35,424 nt of DNA. Origin: an uncultured Candidatus Peribacteria bacterium. Its GTDB lineage: Bacteria; Patescibacteriota; Gracilibacteria; UM-FILTER-43-11. Position 1 is the stretch's first letter; each line of letters opens with the position of its first letter. The stretch is taken from the NCBI GenBank assembly GCA_964538225.1, contig CAZIDW010000005.1, forward strand, positions 1 to 35,424, given 5' to 3'. Made by a program: the position numbers and the translations under genes. Of this stretch, positions 16,183 through 24,785 are shown in pieces. The notes beneath the pieces are model-generated. The model saw nothing but the letters and a program-made list of their open reading frames with translations, was not told the DNA's origin and did not search any database.

Positions 16183-17149
16183 AACCCATTGGGGGGCCGA
16201 TAGCGGAGTAGAATTTTTTTACATAGGGTCGAGACGGCTGCTGGACCGTGAACTGGTCCAGGCGGCTGACATTCCGTTTAAATCTATTTTTGCCGGGAAA
16301 GTGCGGCGCTATTGGTCGTGGCGGCATCTGGTGGATCCTTTTTTGGTCCTGATTGGTTTTTTTCAGTCGCTTGGGATTCTCATCCGTTTCCGGCCCCACG
16401 CGGTTTTTACCAAAGGGGGGTTTGTCAGCGTCCCGGTCGCGCTGGCGGCGTTTGTGTTAAGGCGGCCGATTGTCCTGCATGAATCCGACAGCCGTATGGG
16501 CATCGCCAACCGGCTGATTTCCCGTTTGGCCAAACAGGTCTGTGTTTCTTTTCCTGGTGTGCTGGACAAAAGTCCGAAGCGTGTGTTCACCGGCAATCCC
16601 ATCCGCATGGCGATCGGGGACGGGGATCCGGCTAAAGGATACCAGCTCACCGGCCTGCGCTCCGGTAAACCCATTGTCCTGGTGTGGGGTGGCAGCCAGG
16701 GAGCCCAGGAAGTCAATGATTTAGTCGTCAGCGAATTCGATATGCTGAAAGACCATTTTCAGATCATCCATATCACCGGCAGGGGCAAACAGACCCCTCT
16801 TCAGAATCTCAACTATGTTCAGTACGAGTATCTTGGCAGTGAACTTAAACACATTTACGCCATCACTGATTTTGTCGTGGGCAGAGCAGGCGCCAATTCT
16901 TTGTATGAACTGGCTTTTGTGGGTAAGCCGAATATCCTCATCCCCCTAAAGAACGCGGATCAGATCGGCAACGCGGATTATTTTGAACAAAAAGGCGCCA
17001 GCATCATCCTGCGCGGCCGGTCTTTATACGATGTCCTGACCGCCTTGCGGCACAGTCCGGAAAAACAGGAATCCATGAAACGGGCGCTGGCCGTCATCGC
17101 GAAACCGGAGGCCGCTGAACATATTGCTGGCATACTTTTAAATATCTGA
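16100..17149 (+). CDS. murG: undecaprenyldiphospho-muramoylpentapeptide beta-N-acetylglucosaminyltransferase (MurG)
   Basis: It has the G-loop ILLAGGGSGGHVMP near the N-terminus and a GT28 C-terminal domain (VVGRAGANSLYELAFVGKPNILIP). I chose the start at ATG 16100 (MPNKRILL). The ORF is open from 16055. Confidence 0.9.
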   Translation: MPNKRILLAGGGSGGHVMPNLAIATELRTHWGADSGVEFFYIGSRRLLDRELVQAADIPFKSIFAGKVRRYWSWRHLVDPFLVLIGFFQSLGILIRFRPHAVFTKGGFVSVPVALAAFVLRRPIVLHESDSRMGIANRLISRLAKQVCVSFPGVLDKSPKRVFTGNPIRMAIGDGDPAKGYQLTGLRSGKPIVLVWGGSQGAQEVNDLVVSEFDMLKDHFQIIHITGRGKQTPLQNLNYVQYEYLGSELKHIYAITDFVVGRAGANSLYELAFVGKPNILIPLKNADQIGNADYFEQKGASIILRGRSLYDVLTALRHSPEKQESMKRALAVIAKPEAAEHIAGILLNI

Positions 17150-17169
17150 TATTTTTATCTTGCGGCATT

Positions 17170-17255
17170 ACTTATGGCGGGACTACTTAGGCGGGACTAC
17201 TCGCTAGCGCTCGTGGTGGGCTACTCGCTGACGCTCGTGGTGAGACTTATGGTGA
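17170..17255. repeat. nested GC-rich direct repeats in the murG-GT4 intergenic region
   Basis: ggcgggactact occurs twice (17177-17188 and 17190-17201). actcgctRRcgctcgtggtg occurs twice (17198-17217 and 17223-17242). acttatgg occurs twice. A 34-codon ORF (17174-17278) runs through the repeats. Confidence 0.75.
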
Positions 17256-17330
17256 ACCGCGACCAACGGGAGCAGTAAACCATAAGCAGAACCACAAGTA
17301 TGACCGCAAGGAATATATTTAGTATAAATT

Positions 17331-18452
17331 ATGAAGATAGGAATAAATGCCCGTTTTCTGACGGCGCCTTTCACCGGCATCGGGCAGTACACCCGCAGTC
17401 TGGCGGCGGCCATGGCTGAGGCGGAACCAGCCAACGAATATCTTTTATTCACCCCGGAATTGACGGATGTGAACCTGCCGGATAACTGCAGGCAGATACG
17501 TGTGGCCGAAAAGCCGTACCGTTCTGAAAGCCTTAAAAAGGCGCACTGGGAACATGTGCTTGCTCCTAAAGAAATGGAGCGTTCCGAGGTGGACGTGGCC
17601 CATTTTCCCTACCCGTCCAATCCGCGCCGTCGTTTGCCCATGCCCACCATCGTTACCGTGCACGATGTGATTCCCTGGAAACTGCCGGCTTACCGCCGGA
17701 AGACGCGTTCCAAGATGTACCATCTGAACGCCCGTTTAGCCCTAAAAAAAGCCGACCATATCCTGACGGTTTCTGATTTTTCCAAACAGGAGATCGCTAA
17801 ACACCTGAAAATCAACGCAAAGAACATCACAGTCACCCCTTTAGCCCCGCCCCTCCCGCCCCATAAAGTCAGCTTCCCCCGTTTCGGACTTCGCCGGGGT
17901 TATTTTTTGTACGTGGGCGGGTATGATGACCGCAAGAATGTTCCCCGCCTGATGGAGGCCTACCAAAAACATATCGCCCCTTTTTACCCCATCGACCTTA
18001 TTCTGGTCGGGGGCAGAAATCAGGGGCTGGATGCCTATCTGACCGATGAGTATTACGAACGGGTGGCCGGTAAATACTTAATGCAACCCAAGGGGAAAAT
18101 CGTTTTCACTGAATATCTGGACCAGGGCGAGCTGGCCTGTTTATATCAAAAGGCTTTGGCGCTCGTGCACATGTCCCTTTATGAAGGGTTTAATCTGGCC
18201 CTGGTAGAGGCTATGCAGGCCGGCATCCCCATCGTCGCTTCTGACATTCCCGTGCACCACGAGGTGACCCAGGAGGGCGCCCTGTTCGCCGACCCTACCG
18301 ACATCGATCTTATCGGCACCGCCATGCATCAACTGGTCCACGATAAAACTTTACAGCGGGAACTGGTTGAAAAAACCGACAAACGCGCCCAGGACTTTGA
18401 CTGGGAAAAGACGGCGGAAGAAACACTTTATGTTTACAGTTTGTTTACCTGA
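17331..18452 (+). CDS. family 4 (GT-B, GT1-type) glycosyltransferase
   Basis: The C-terminal motif SLYEGFNLALVEAMQAGIPIVASD (E-x7-E) is present and the protein is 373 aa long. Confidence 0.9.
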   Translation: MKIGINARFLTAPFTGIGQYTRSLAAAMAEAEPANEYLLFTPELTDVNLPDNCRQIRVAEKPYRSESLKKAHWEHVLAPKEMERSEVDVAHFPYPSNPRRRLPMPTIVTVHDVIPWKLPAYRRKTRSKMYHLNARLALKKADHILTVSDFSKQEIAKHLKINAKNITVTPLAPPLPPHKVSFPRFGLRRGYFLYVGGYDDRKNVPRLMEAYQKHIAPFYPIDLILVGGRNQGLDAYLTDEYYERVAGKYLMQPKGKIVFTEYLDQGELACLYQKALALVHMSLYEGFNLALVEAMQAGIPIVASDIPVHHEVTQEGALFADPTDIDLIGTAMHQLVHDKTLQRELVEKTDKRAQDFDWEKTAEETLYVYSLFT

Positions 18453-18480
18453 TTGATAACTGATTGACATCTAATCAACA

Positions 18481-18514
18481 GTAGTACGCATGTGCGCGTA
18501 GTACGCATGTGCGT
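18481..18514. repeat. 17-nt tandem duplication with palindromic core
   Basis: The two units are gtagtacgcatgtgcgc and gtagtacgcatgtgcgt. They contain GTACGCA-tg-TGCGTAC and are followed by GGCC-tgaaa-GGCC and GCGC-actc-GCGC. Confidence 0.75.
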
Positions 18515-18655
18515 ACCTGTGTAGGCCTGAAAGGCCGCGCACTCGCGCACCATAAATAATCAAATAATCAGCAATCCATTAGCAGTCTATAAGAAGTCTA
18601 TTAGAAATCTACCAGGAAAATGGTTATAATCAGGATGTCCTTTTAACTAAACTCC

Positions 18656-18955
18656 ATGTTCGCCGCCTTTTTCATTTTCATCTTTATCCATTTGGTCGTT
18701 TTCGTTTTTTTTGTCGAAACGTTGCGCCGCGTTTACAAGCGTTTTAGTGAATATAATCTGGAAGATAAGCGGGAGACGATTCCGTTCGGCCTGGTCCGCC
18801 TGCGGCACATTGTGGTTTTGTATGTGGTGGGGTATATATTGTGGATTGTTGTTTCTATTGTGCTTTACCTGACATTTGTCGCTCCGGATTCGTCCCTATC
18901 CATCCGTAATGGTTCCCGTCCGGGGACGGCAGGGAGCATGGAACTTGATTTGTAA
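18656..18955 (+). CDS. hypothetical small membrane protein (99 aa)
   Basis: It has two clear hydrophobic segments (FAAFFIFIFIHLVVFVFFV and VVLYVVGYILWIVVSIVLYLTF) and ends 29 nt before guaA. I recognise no family. Confidence 0.45.
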   Translation: MFAAFFIFIFIHLVVFVFFVETLRRVYKRFSEYNLEDKRETIPFGLVRLRHIVVLYVVGYILWIVVSIVLYLTFVAPDSSLSIRNGSRPGTAGSMELDL

Positions 18956-18984
18956 CCCTCCAGGCCTTTAGGCTTGATATCATT

Positions 18985-20805
18985 ATGGACCATGAAAAAG
19001 TCGTTGTTTTGGATTTTGGCGGACAATACGCCCACCTGATTGCAAACCGCATCCGCCGTTTAGGGGTTTACAGCGAAATCCGCGATTCAGACACGCCCGC
19101 TGAACACCTGGCCCATTACAAAGGCATTATCCTTTCCGGCGGGCCCATGAGCGTATACGATGAGGGTGTTCCCAGTTGTGATAAAGGTATTTTTGAATTG
19201 GGCGTCCCGATACTGGGCATCTGTTACGGCCACCAGCTCATGCAGTATCTGCTGGGGGGTAAGGTGGCCAGCGGCAAGACCAAGGAATACGGTCTGGCGG
19301 ATTTCAGGGTCACTTTGAATTCAGGGATCTTCAAAAATGTTAAATCGGTTTCGCGCGTGTGGATGTCTCATGGGGACACGGTGGAAAAAATCGCCCCCGG
19401 TTTTGTGGAAGCAGGAAAGACGGCGGATATGGATTACTCTGCCCTGGCCGCCCCGGAAAGTCATTTTTACGGCGTTCAGTTCCACCCGGAAGTCACCCAT
19501 ACCGAGGAAGGTATGACTATGCTGGATAATTTTTTAAAACTCTGCAATGTCCGCCGCGACTGGAGTATTGAACAGTTTATCGATGAGGAAGTCGCGGCCA
19601 TCCAGAAAAAGGTAGGGGATAAAAAAGTCTTCCTGCTGGTGTCCGGCGGCGTGGATTCATCCGTCTGTTTCGCCCTGCTGGAAAAGGCGCTGGGCAAGGG
19701 GCGGGTGTACGGTCTGCTCATCGATCACGGCCTGATGCGCCTGGATGAGGCGGAAAAAGTTAAGAAATATCTGGCTGAAGCCGGTTTTACCAATCTCCAC
19801 GTGGTGGATAAAAGCGAGCAGTACCTTGCCGTCCTCCGGGGGATCACTGACCCTGAACAGAAACGCAAGATCATTGGGGATCTGTTCTGGAACGTCAAAG
19901 AAGATGTCGCGGAAGAACTGAACCTGAATCCCGATGAATGGATTATGGGGCAGGGCACCATTTACCCCGACACCATCGAAACCGGCGGCACTAAGCATGC
20001 CGACACCATTAAAACCCACCACAACCGTGTTGACCTGGTGCAGAAGATGATCCGGGCGGGCAAGGTGATTGAACCCATTGCCCAGCTTTATAAAGACGAA
20101 GTCCGCCTGTTGGGTGAAAAACTGGGTCTTCCGCCCGCTATGGTCTGGCGGCAGCCTTTTCCGGGGCCGGGGTTGGGGGTGCGCATCCTGTGCGCCTCCG
20201 ACAAGGAAGCCAAAAACGCCCCTGATTTTAAAAAACTCAACCGCGCCATCCAGACGTATCTGGAAGATGACATAAAACTGAAGGACATCACAGCCCAGGC
20301 GCTTCCCATCAAGTCTGTGGGGGTGCAGGGGGATATGCGTACCTACCGCCATCCGGTCGTCCTGTTTACTGATACCCACGACTGGGACGTGCTGGAAAAA
20401 GTTTCCACGGCCATCACCAACCGTTTTGCCGAGGTAAACCGGGTGATGCTGGTTTTGGGGGGTTCGCCAGGGGATTTTAAAATCAGCCCCGGCGACCTCA
20501 GCAAGACACGTGTCCGCCTCCTCCAAAAGATCGACGAGCTGGTCACTAACCGCATGGCTGCCGCGGATGAGACGTATGACATCTGGCAGTTTCCGGTGGT
20601 GCTGTTACCTGTTAGCCCCCAGGCCGGCCAAGAATCCATTGTCCTCCGCCCCATTGTCTCCATCGAGGCCATGACCGCCAGTTTCGCCCGGATTGATTGG
20701 GACGCGCTCAGCGCCATGGCAGATGACATCCTGTCGCGCAATGGACTGACCCACGTATTTTACGATCTTACCCACAAACCGCCGGGAACGATTGAATGGG
20801 AATAA
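18985..20805 (+). CDS. guaA: GMP synthase (glutamine-hydrolysing), long form
   Basis: The GATase residues are ILGICYGHQL and FHPE. The ATP-PPase P-loop is LVSGGVDSS and the canonical C-terminus is KPPGTIEWE. At 606 aa it is about 80-90 aa longer than typical bacterial GuaA. Confidence 0.95.
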   Translation: MDHEKVVVLDFGGQYAHLIANRIRRLGVYSEIRDSDTPAEHLAHYKGIILSGGPMSVYDEGVPSCDKGIFELGVPILGICYGHQLMQYLLGGKVASGKTKEYGLADFRVTLNSGIFKNVKSVSRVWMSHGDTVEKIAPGFVEAGKTADMDYSALAAPESHFYGVQFHPEVTHTEEGMTMLDNFLKLCNVRRDWSIEQFIDEEVAAIQKKVGDKKVFLLVSGGVDSSVCFALLEKALGKGRVYGLLIDHGLMRLDEAEKVKKYLAEAGFTNLHVVDKSEQYLAVLRGITDPEQKRKIIGDLFWNVKEDVAEELNLNPDEWIMGQGTIYPDTIETGGTKHADTIKTHHNRVDLVQKMIRAGKVIEPIAQLYKDEVRLLGEKLGLPPAMVWRQPFPGPGLGVRILCASDKEAKNAPDFKKLNRAIQTYLEDDIKLKDITAQALPIKSVGVQGDMRTYRHPVVLFTDTHDWDVLEKVSTAITNRFAEVNRVMLVLGGSPGDFKISPGDLSKTRVRLLQKIDELVTNRMAAADETYDIWQFPVVLLPVSPQAGQESIVLRPIVSIEAMTASFARIDWDALSAMADDILSRNGLTHVFYDLTHKPPGTIEWE

Positions 20806-20974
20806 CTTCGTCGTGAAAACCGCTTCGGTTTGGTCTCGCAGGCTCGAATGTTTGCACGGGCTTTCCCGCATAAGGTTGTTTTTATAAAGATTTGCAAGCA
20901 TTTCTATCCCTTTGTAATTATATTGATTAAAGAGAGATTTTTCAGTAACATTAAAAGCCCTAACAGTTTTTGCG

Positions 20975-21520
20975 GTGCCAAGAAATCCTGATTTAGACAA
21001 GTTGGTGGAACAGGCGCAAAAAGGTGACGCAGAAGCGTTTGCCGGGATTTATGATGAACTGGTGAAACCGGTTTACCGTTATATTTATTACCGGGTCGAA
21101 GATGCCATCGCGGAGGATCTGACAGAAGAAACGTTTTTAAAGGTGTGGCAGAACCTTAAAAAATACAAAAAGGGCAAGAACCCTTTTTCGTCATGGGTGT
21201 TCCGGATTGCGCATAATTTACTCGTGGACCATTACCGCCAAAGCAAGACGACCGAGATGATTGAAGAAACGATTGCGGACACCAAAAAGGAAAGCAATCC
21301 TCATCACCAGGCAGACCTGAAACTCACCCAGATTCGCCTGCGCAAGGTTATACGGCGACTGCCGGACAATTACCAGGAGGTGATTATTTTAAAATACATC
21401 AATGAGCTGGACAACAAAGAGATCGCGCACGCTATCGGCAAATCCGAAGGGGCGGTGCGTACGATCCAGTTCCGCGCGCTGGAGCGTTTAAGATCTCTTC
21501 TTTCGGAAGATAATTTTTAA
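20975..21520 (+). CDS. ECF-type sigma-70 family RNA polymerase sigma factor
   Basis: It has a GTG start. Region 2 is FSSWVFRIAHNLLVDHYR and the region 4 helix-turn-helix is LDNKEIAHAIGKSEGAVRTIQFRALERLR. Confidence 0.9.
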   Translation: MPRNPDLDKLVEQAQKGDAEAFAGIYDELVKPVYRYIYYRVEDAIAEDLTEETFLKVWQNLKKYKKGKNPFSSWVFRIAHNLLVDHYRQSKTTEMIEETIADTKKESNPHHQADLKLTQIRLRKVIRRLPDNYQEVIILKYINELDNKEIAHAIGKSEGAVRTIQFRALERLRSLLSEDNF

Positions 21521-21772
21521 TTTCTATAAAAGAATGAAACGTAGTTTTTTGCTGTTATTTTCAATAGGGAAACGCTCTCCTTTTGCAGCCTTCAGCTTCG
21601 TTCAGGTTACATCGGAGCCCTCGCTTCATTTTGTCCCCCTTCGCCTATGGCTACGGAGGACTCATTTCGCTCGGACCGCGTTTCTCGCTACTTAACTGAA
21701 ACAAAAATGACATTTTTACGTTATAACTATCGACAATGTGTCTAACGACACAGGTCAAAGTTGACACGATTT

Positions 21773-23806
21773 ATGGACGACCTTGAAAAAGCACTGCACC
21801 GGCTTTCAAAAACCGAACCCCGTTCCGGGTTTTGCCGCCAAGCCAGAAAACGCCTGATGTATAAGGTACGGCTGAGCGCGAATGAAACATGGTTTTTGCG
21901 GTTGTTTAAAAAAGTTTTTTTCGTCAACCCATCCCCGGATTTCGTCCGGCAGGCGCGCGTTCGCCTTATGGAACGCATCGTGGCGATGAAACGGCCCGTT
22001 TTCAGCTGGCTTCTGTTTGCCAAGCGCGCCGTTGCCACTACTTTGGTAATGCTGATTGCCGTGACCACTACCTTATTTTTTGTAGGCGGTAAACAGCAGG
22101 TCAGCGCGGCTGAGCCCACCTATCTTGAAGTGATGGGTGGCGATGTGTCTGTGAAACATGCTGACCGGCTGATTTGGGATGTGGTTTCCGAACAGACGGA
22201 ACTCATGGCGGGGGATCTAGTGCGCTTGGGCGATTCCGCGTCCGCGGTCGTCCATTTTTTCGATGATTCCCAGCTTCGTCTGGCAGGCGGGTCCTCCTTT
22301 TTGCTGAGCCGCCTGGATGTCAGCCCCGAATACGCGCGCCAGGGAATAATTGAAGTTTCCCTGCATCAGGGGCAGGCATGGGTCCAAGCGTTGAGCGCGG
22401 ATGACGGTTACGCGCGTTTTACGCTCATCACGCCGGATGCCATTCTTTCCGCCGACCACGCCTCTTTTGATGTGAAGACTTCGTATCCGGAACCCACCAC
22501 CCTCCGCGTGTTTAAACACGGGGTCGATGTCAAAGTCCTGCGCCAGGAATCTCGTCAGGCAGCGGCGACTGGCCGGCTGAACATATACCAGAAAGCCACT
22601 TTGCAGGCTGCTACGCCTTATCAGTCCTCTGCCGAGCTGGCAGCGTTTGCCCCTGCTAAAGAATTAACGGATGAAGACCGTGAAGATGCCTGGGTGCTTG
22701 AAAACCTGACATCCGACCGCCAGCACCTGGCGGAACTGCGCGACCGGGAACTGGCCACACTGAAAGCGGCTACCGGCGCGTTGCCCGGTCAGGCGCTTTA
22801 TCCTTTAAAACGCGCCAGGGAACGGCTTCAGCTGGTCTTCAGTTTCAATGAAGAAAGCCAGCAGAGCGCTCAGGTGGCCATGGCCAATGAAAGGCTGTCC
22901 GAGGCCATGGTATTGATCGAAGAAGGCGACACTGAACGGGCGAAATCCATCCTGATGGAATACCAGCGCCTGGTCCGCCAGATCGCTGAGGAAAAAGAAA
23001 ATGAAGCGATGAAAGACCAGCTTTCCAGCGAGGTAATGCTTAGCTATAAAAAAACCCTGGCCGCCACTTTACCCGAAGACGTACATGTGGGTATGGTCAA
23101 ACAGGCGCTCAATGAAACCGAAGAGCTTTTGGCCGCCGACCCGGCTGAACGGGCGGAGATTCGCCTGAAGAACAATCTGGACGATTTAAACCAGGTACAG
23201 GAACTGGTAGAAGCCGGCGATTTGGAAAATGCCGAGGAAACGCTCGCGGACCGTGAGATCATGGCTGCTTTATTGATCGAAGAAGCCTCCGCTTTAGAAG
23301 ATGAAGAGCAGAGAAAGGCGCTGTTCACTCAAATTTTGGAAACCCAGTACGAAGAACAGCGTATTTTAAATGAACTCCATCGCAAACTGGGCGATGAGGA
23401 AAGCCCCCTGGCTGACCTTGTGCAGAAAGCCCATCGGTCGGTCGAAGACGACATCAAGCACACGGCCGCGGTGGCCAAGCCCCTGCTGCCCGATGTGGTG
23501 CTAAACGACGCGGTCCGGCTGCCGGAAGACGAAAAAGTCATCGAATTCGTGAACAAGGTCAATATCTACCGTACGGCTCAGGGCCAGGCCAACCAGATCA
23601 AACGCCTGCTTTCCAAGCACCCGCAGTACAAGCAGAACCAGGAATTCTTAGAAAAAGTCCGCGCCCGGCTGGATGCCCGCGCCCAGGACCAGATCAACAT
23701 CTACCTGCTTGAGTTAAAGCGCGAGGCGACCGAAGCGAAAAGCAAAGTGGTGAAACGGAAGATCGACCAGGCGCGGCGGGCGATGGAGGAGCGGCTAGAT
23801 GATTAA
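21773..23806 (+). CDS. single-pass membrane protein with FecR-like domain and long coiled-coil (DUF5667-like) region; putative anti-sigma/sensor partner
   Basis: The TM segment is VATTLVMLIAVTTTLFFVG. It is followed by a FecR-like beta domain (GDVSVKHADRLIWD...AGDLVRLGDSASAVVHFFDDSQLRLAGGSSF) and then a ~350-aa helical Glu/Lys-rich region. I chose the ATG at 21773 (MDDLEKAL). The track start at 21761 is a TTG. Confidence 0.78.
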   Translation: MDDLEKALHRLSKTEPRSGFCRQARKRLMYKVRLSANETWFLRLFKKVFFVNPSPDFVRQARVRLMERIVAMKRPVFSWLLFAKRAVATTLVMLIAVTTTLFFVGGKQQVSAAEPTYLEVMGGDVSVKHADRLIWDVVSEQTELMAGDLVRLGDSASAVVHFFDDSQLRLAGGSSFLLSRLDVSPEYARQGIIEVSLHQGQAWVQALSADDGYARFTLITPDAILSADHASFDVKTSYPEPTTLRVFKHGVDVKVLRQESRQAAATGRLNIYQKATLQAATPYQSSAELAAFAPAKELTDEDREDAWVLENLTSDRQHLAELRDRELATLKAATGALPGQALYPLKRARERLQLVFSFNEESQQSAQVAMANERLSEAMVLIEEGDTERAKSILMEYQRLVRQIAEEKENEAMKDQLSSEVMLSYKKTLAATLPEDVHVGMVKQALNETEELLAADPAERAEIRLKNNLDDLNQVQELVEAGDLENAEETLADREIMAALLIEEASALEDEEQRKALFTQILETQYEEQRILNELHRKLGDEESPLADLVQKAHRSVEDDIKHTAAVAKPLLPDVVLNDAVRLPEDEKVIEFVNKVNIYRTAQGQANQIKRLLSKHPQYKQNQEFLEKVRARLDARAQDQINIYLLELKREATEAKSKVVKRKIDQARRAMEERLDD

Positions 23807-23875
23807 CGGATAGGTAAATCTGCTGGAGCGTTTTTGTAAAGAGGTCCAGCTTTTGTGTTGCGCGTGGAGCCCATT
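23785..23875 (+). repeat. copy 2 of the ~90-110 nt repeat; includes the last 7 codons and the stop of the FecR-like gene
   Basis: The sequence runs ggaggagcggctagatgattaa ... tgctggagcgtttttgtaaagaggtccagcttttgtg ttgcgcgtggagcccatt. See copy 1 at 13265-13371. Confidence 0.8.
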
Positions 23876-23949
23876 AGGTTATTTTTAATCCTGTTCATCA
23901 ATCATGGCCATCAGGTGAATTATTTAATCAGCGGTCGTATATGGAAAGA

Positions 23950-23988
23950 GCCCCGTCCACCGTTGCATAAAGCTATGGTGGACGGGGC
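23950..23988 (-). terminator. perfect 12-bp GC-rich hairpin 10 nt after the stop of island gene G
   Basis: GCCCCGTCCACC (23950-23961) pairs with GGTGGACGGGGC (23977-23988) across a 15-nt loop. The minus-strand downstream sequence UCUUUCC is only weakly U-rich. Confidence 0.55.
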
Positions 23989-23998
23989 GGGGTACCCT

Positions 23999-24625
23999 CT
24001 ATTGTTGGAGCTTGTTTTGATCGATGGTCCCATTTTGGACTAGGATGGCCAAGAGGTAATCGAAGTCCTGTGCCAGCCTTTCGTCGGCTTCGCGGTTGGC
24101 CGCAAGCCGCTTGTGCAGCCAGTAAGCGATACCGGCCGTCGAACCTAAACAAATGAGGCTGACCAGAAGGATGATGACCACCGTCCAGATCAGGCTGGAC
24201 TGCTTTTCCTCGAACTCGGCGGCCGTCAGGACCACAGGCTCGTCCGGGTCGGGATGATGGTGGTCGACCCGCGCCTTCAGCTTGCCGAAGGCGCCCTCCT
24301 CGCTTATAAAGGCTTCCATCTCTTCCTTGGTAATGAAGTGGGTGCTCTCTTCCTTGGTGATGAAGTGGGTGTTGTTATTCGTGGGGGGGTCCTTTTTGGG
24401 TTCGGGTTTCTTGGGGGAAGCCCTATGCCTCCGCTTGGGGACAGGCTTGGCGGGAATCTTACCATGGTTGCAGATTTCGTCATGCTGAGCTTGGCTGATC
24501 AGACCACTGGACTGATCCATTTTTGCCTGCGTACACGGATCGACCGTTTGGGCGCCGGCGACAGCCAGCAGAAAGGTCAGAAAGGTGACAAGGAAAAAGA
24601 CAAAGATAATTCCGTACCGTTTCAT
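23999..24625 (-). CDS. island gene G: type-I membrane protein, unknown function
   Basis: The signal peptide is MKRYGIIFVFFLVTFLTFLLAVAGA. It has a basic Pro/Lys stretch, a tandem 9-aa repeat THFITKEES/THFITKEEM (27-nt repeat at 24321-24371) and the TM segment LIWTVVIILLVSLICLGSTAGIAYWL. A strong SD precedes it (GAAGGAG, 7 nt before the ATG). Confidence 0.7.
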   Translation of the reverse strand: MKRYGIIFVFFLVTFLTFLLAVAGAQTVDPCTQAKMDQSSGLISQAQHDEICNHGKIPAKPVPKRRHRASPKKPEPKKDPPTNNNTHFITKEESTHFITKEEMEAFISEEGAFGKLKARVDHHHPDPDEPVVLTAAEFEEKQSSLIWTVVIILLVSLICLGSTAGIAYWLHKRLAANREADERLAQDFDYLLAILVQNGTIDQNKLQQ

Positions 24626-24785
24626 GATTCAACTCCTTCTCCCCGAGGGGAATCCGAGATTACGTGTTCGTAAAGAGGGTACCTGACGAGCAGTACCCCT
24701 CATCTTTTTATTTGAAAGCAAGTTGTACAACACTCGCCATGTGACTCTTTACGAACGCCCAGTGGTTTAAAAGAACAGATTTGCC

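Noticed and set aside
19657-20526. Long antisense ORFs, for example 289 aa opposite guaA. Others include 31107-32057 (316 aa) opposite the giant gene, 7936-8499, 11476-12027, 1690-2373, 2073-2633 and 28201-28707.
   Set aside because: Each lies entirely inside a well-supported or much longer gene on the other strand. Their products are low-complexity Arg/Gly/Pro/His-rich peptides, typical of off-frame reading of moderately GC-rich coding DNA.
21534-21695. A 53-codon ORF (MKRSFLLLFSIGKRSPFAAF...) between the sigma factor gene and its partner.
   Set aside because: Most of it is encoded by the GC-rich repeat-like spacer. The peptide (…PLRLWLRRTHFARTAFLAT) looks like repeat translation. There is no SD and no evidence of conservation.
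21761-21766. A TTGACA hexamer at the track start of the FecR-like ORF, considered as a promoter.
   Set aside because: No acceptable -10 hexamer follows at 16-18 nt, and the likely ATG (21773) is only 7 nt downstream. It is probably coincidental.
24680-24715. A hammerhead-ribozyme-like CUGACGAG ... GAAA on the plus strand in the gene G leader.
   Set aside because: The sequence between the two core elements cannot form stem II, and no stem I or III with a cleavage-site UH is present. It is a chance match to a short core motif.
24626-24785. A T-box or other known riboswitch in the G, D and C leaders, prompted by the GGUACC segment.
   Set aside because: The conserved T-box sequence and specifier-loop architecture are absent, and the downstream genes are not aminoacyl-tRNA related. 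I could not match any riboswitch consensus from memory, so the leaders are reported only as unclassified structured RNAs.
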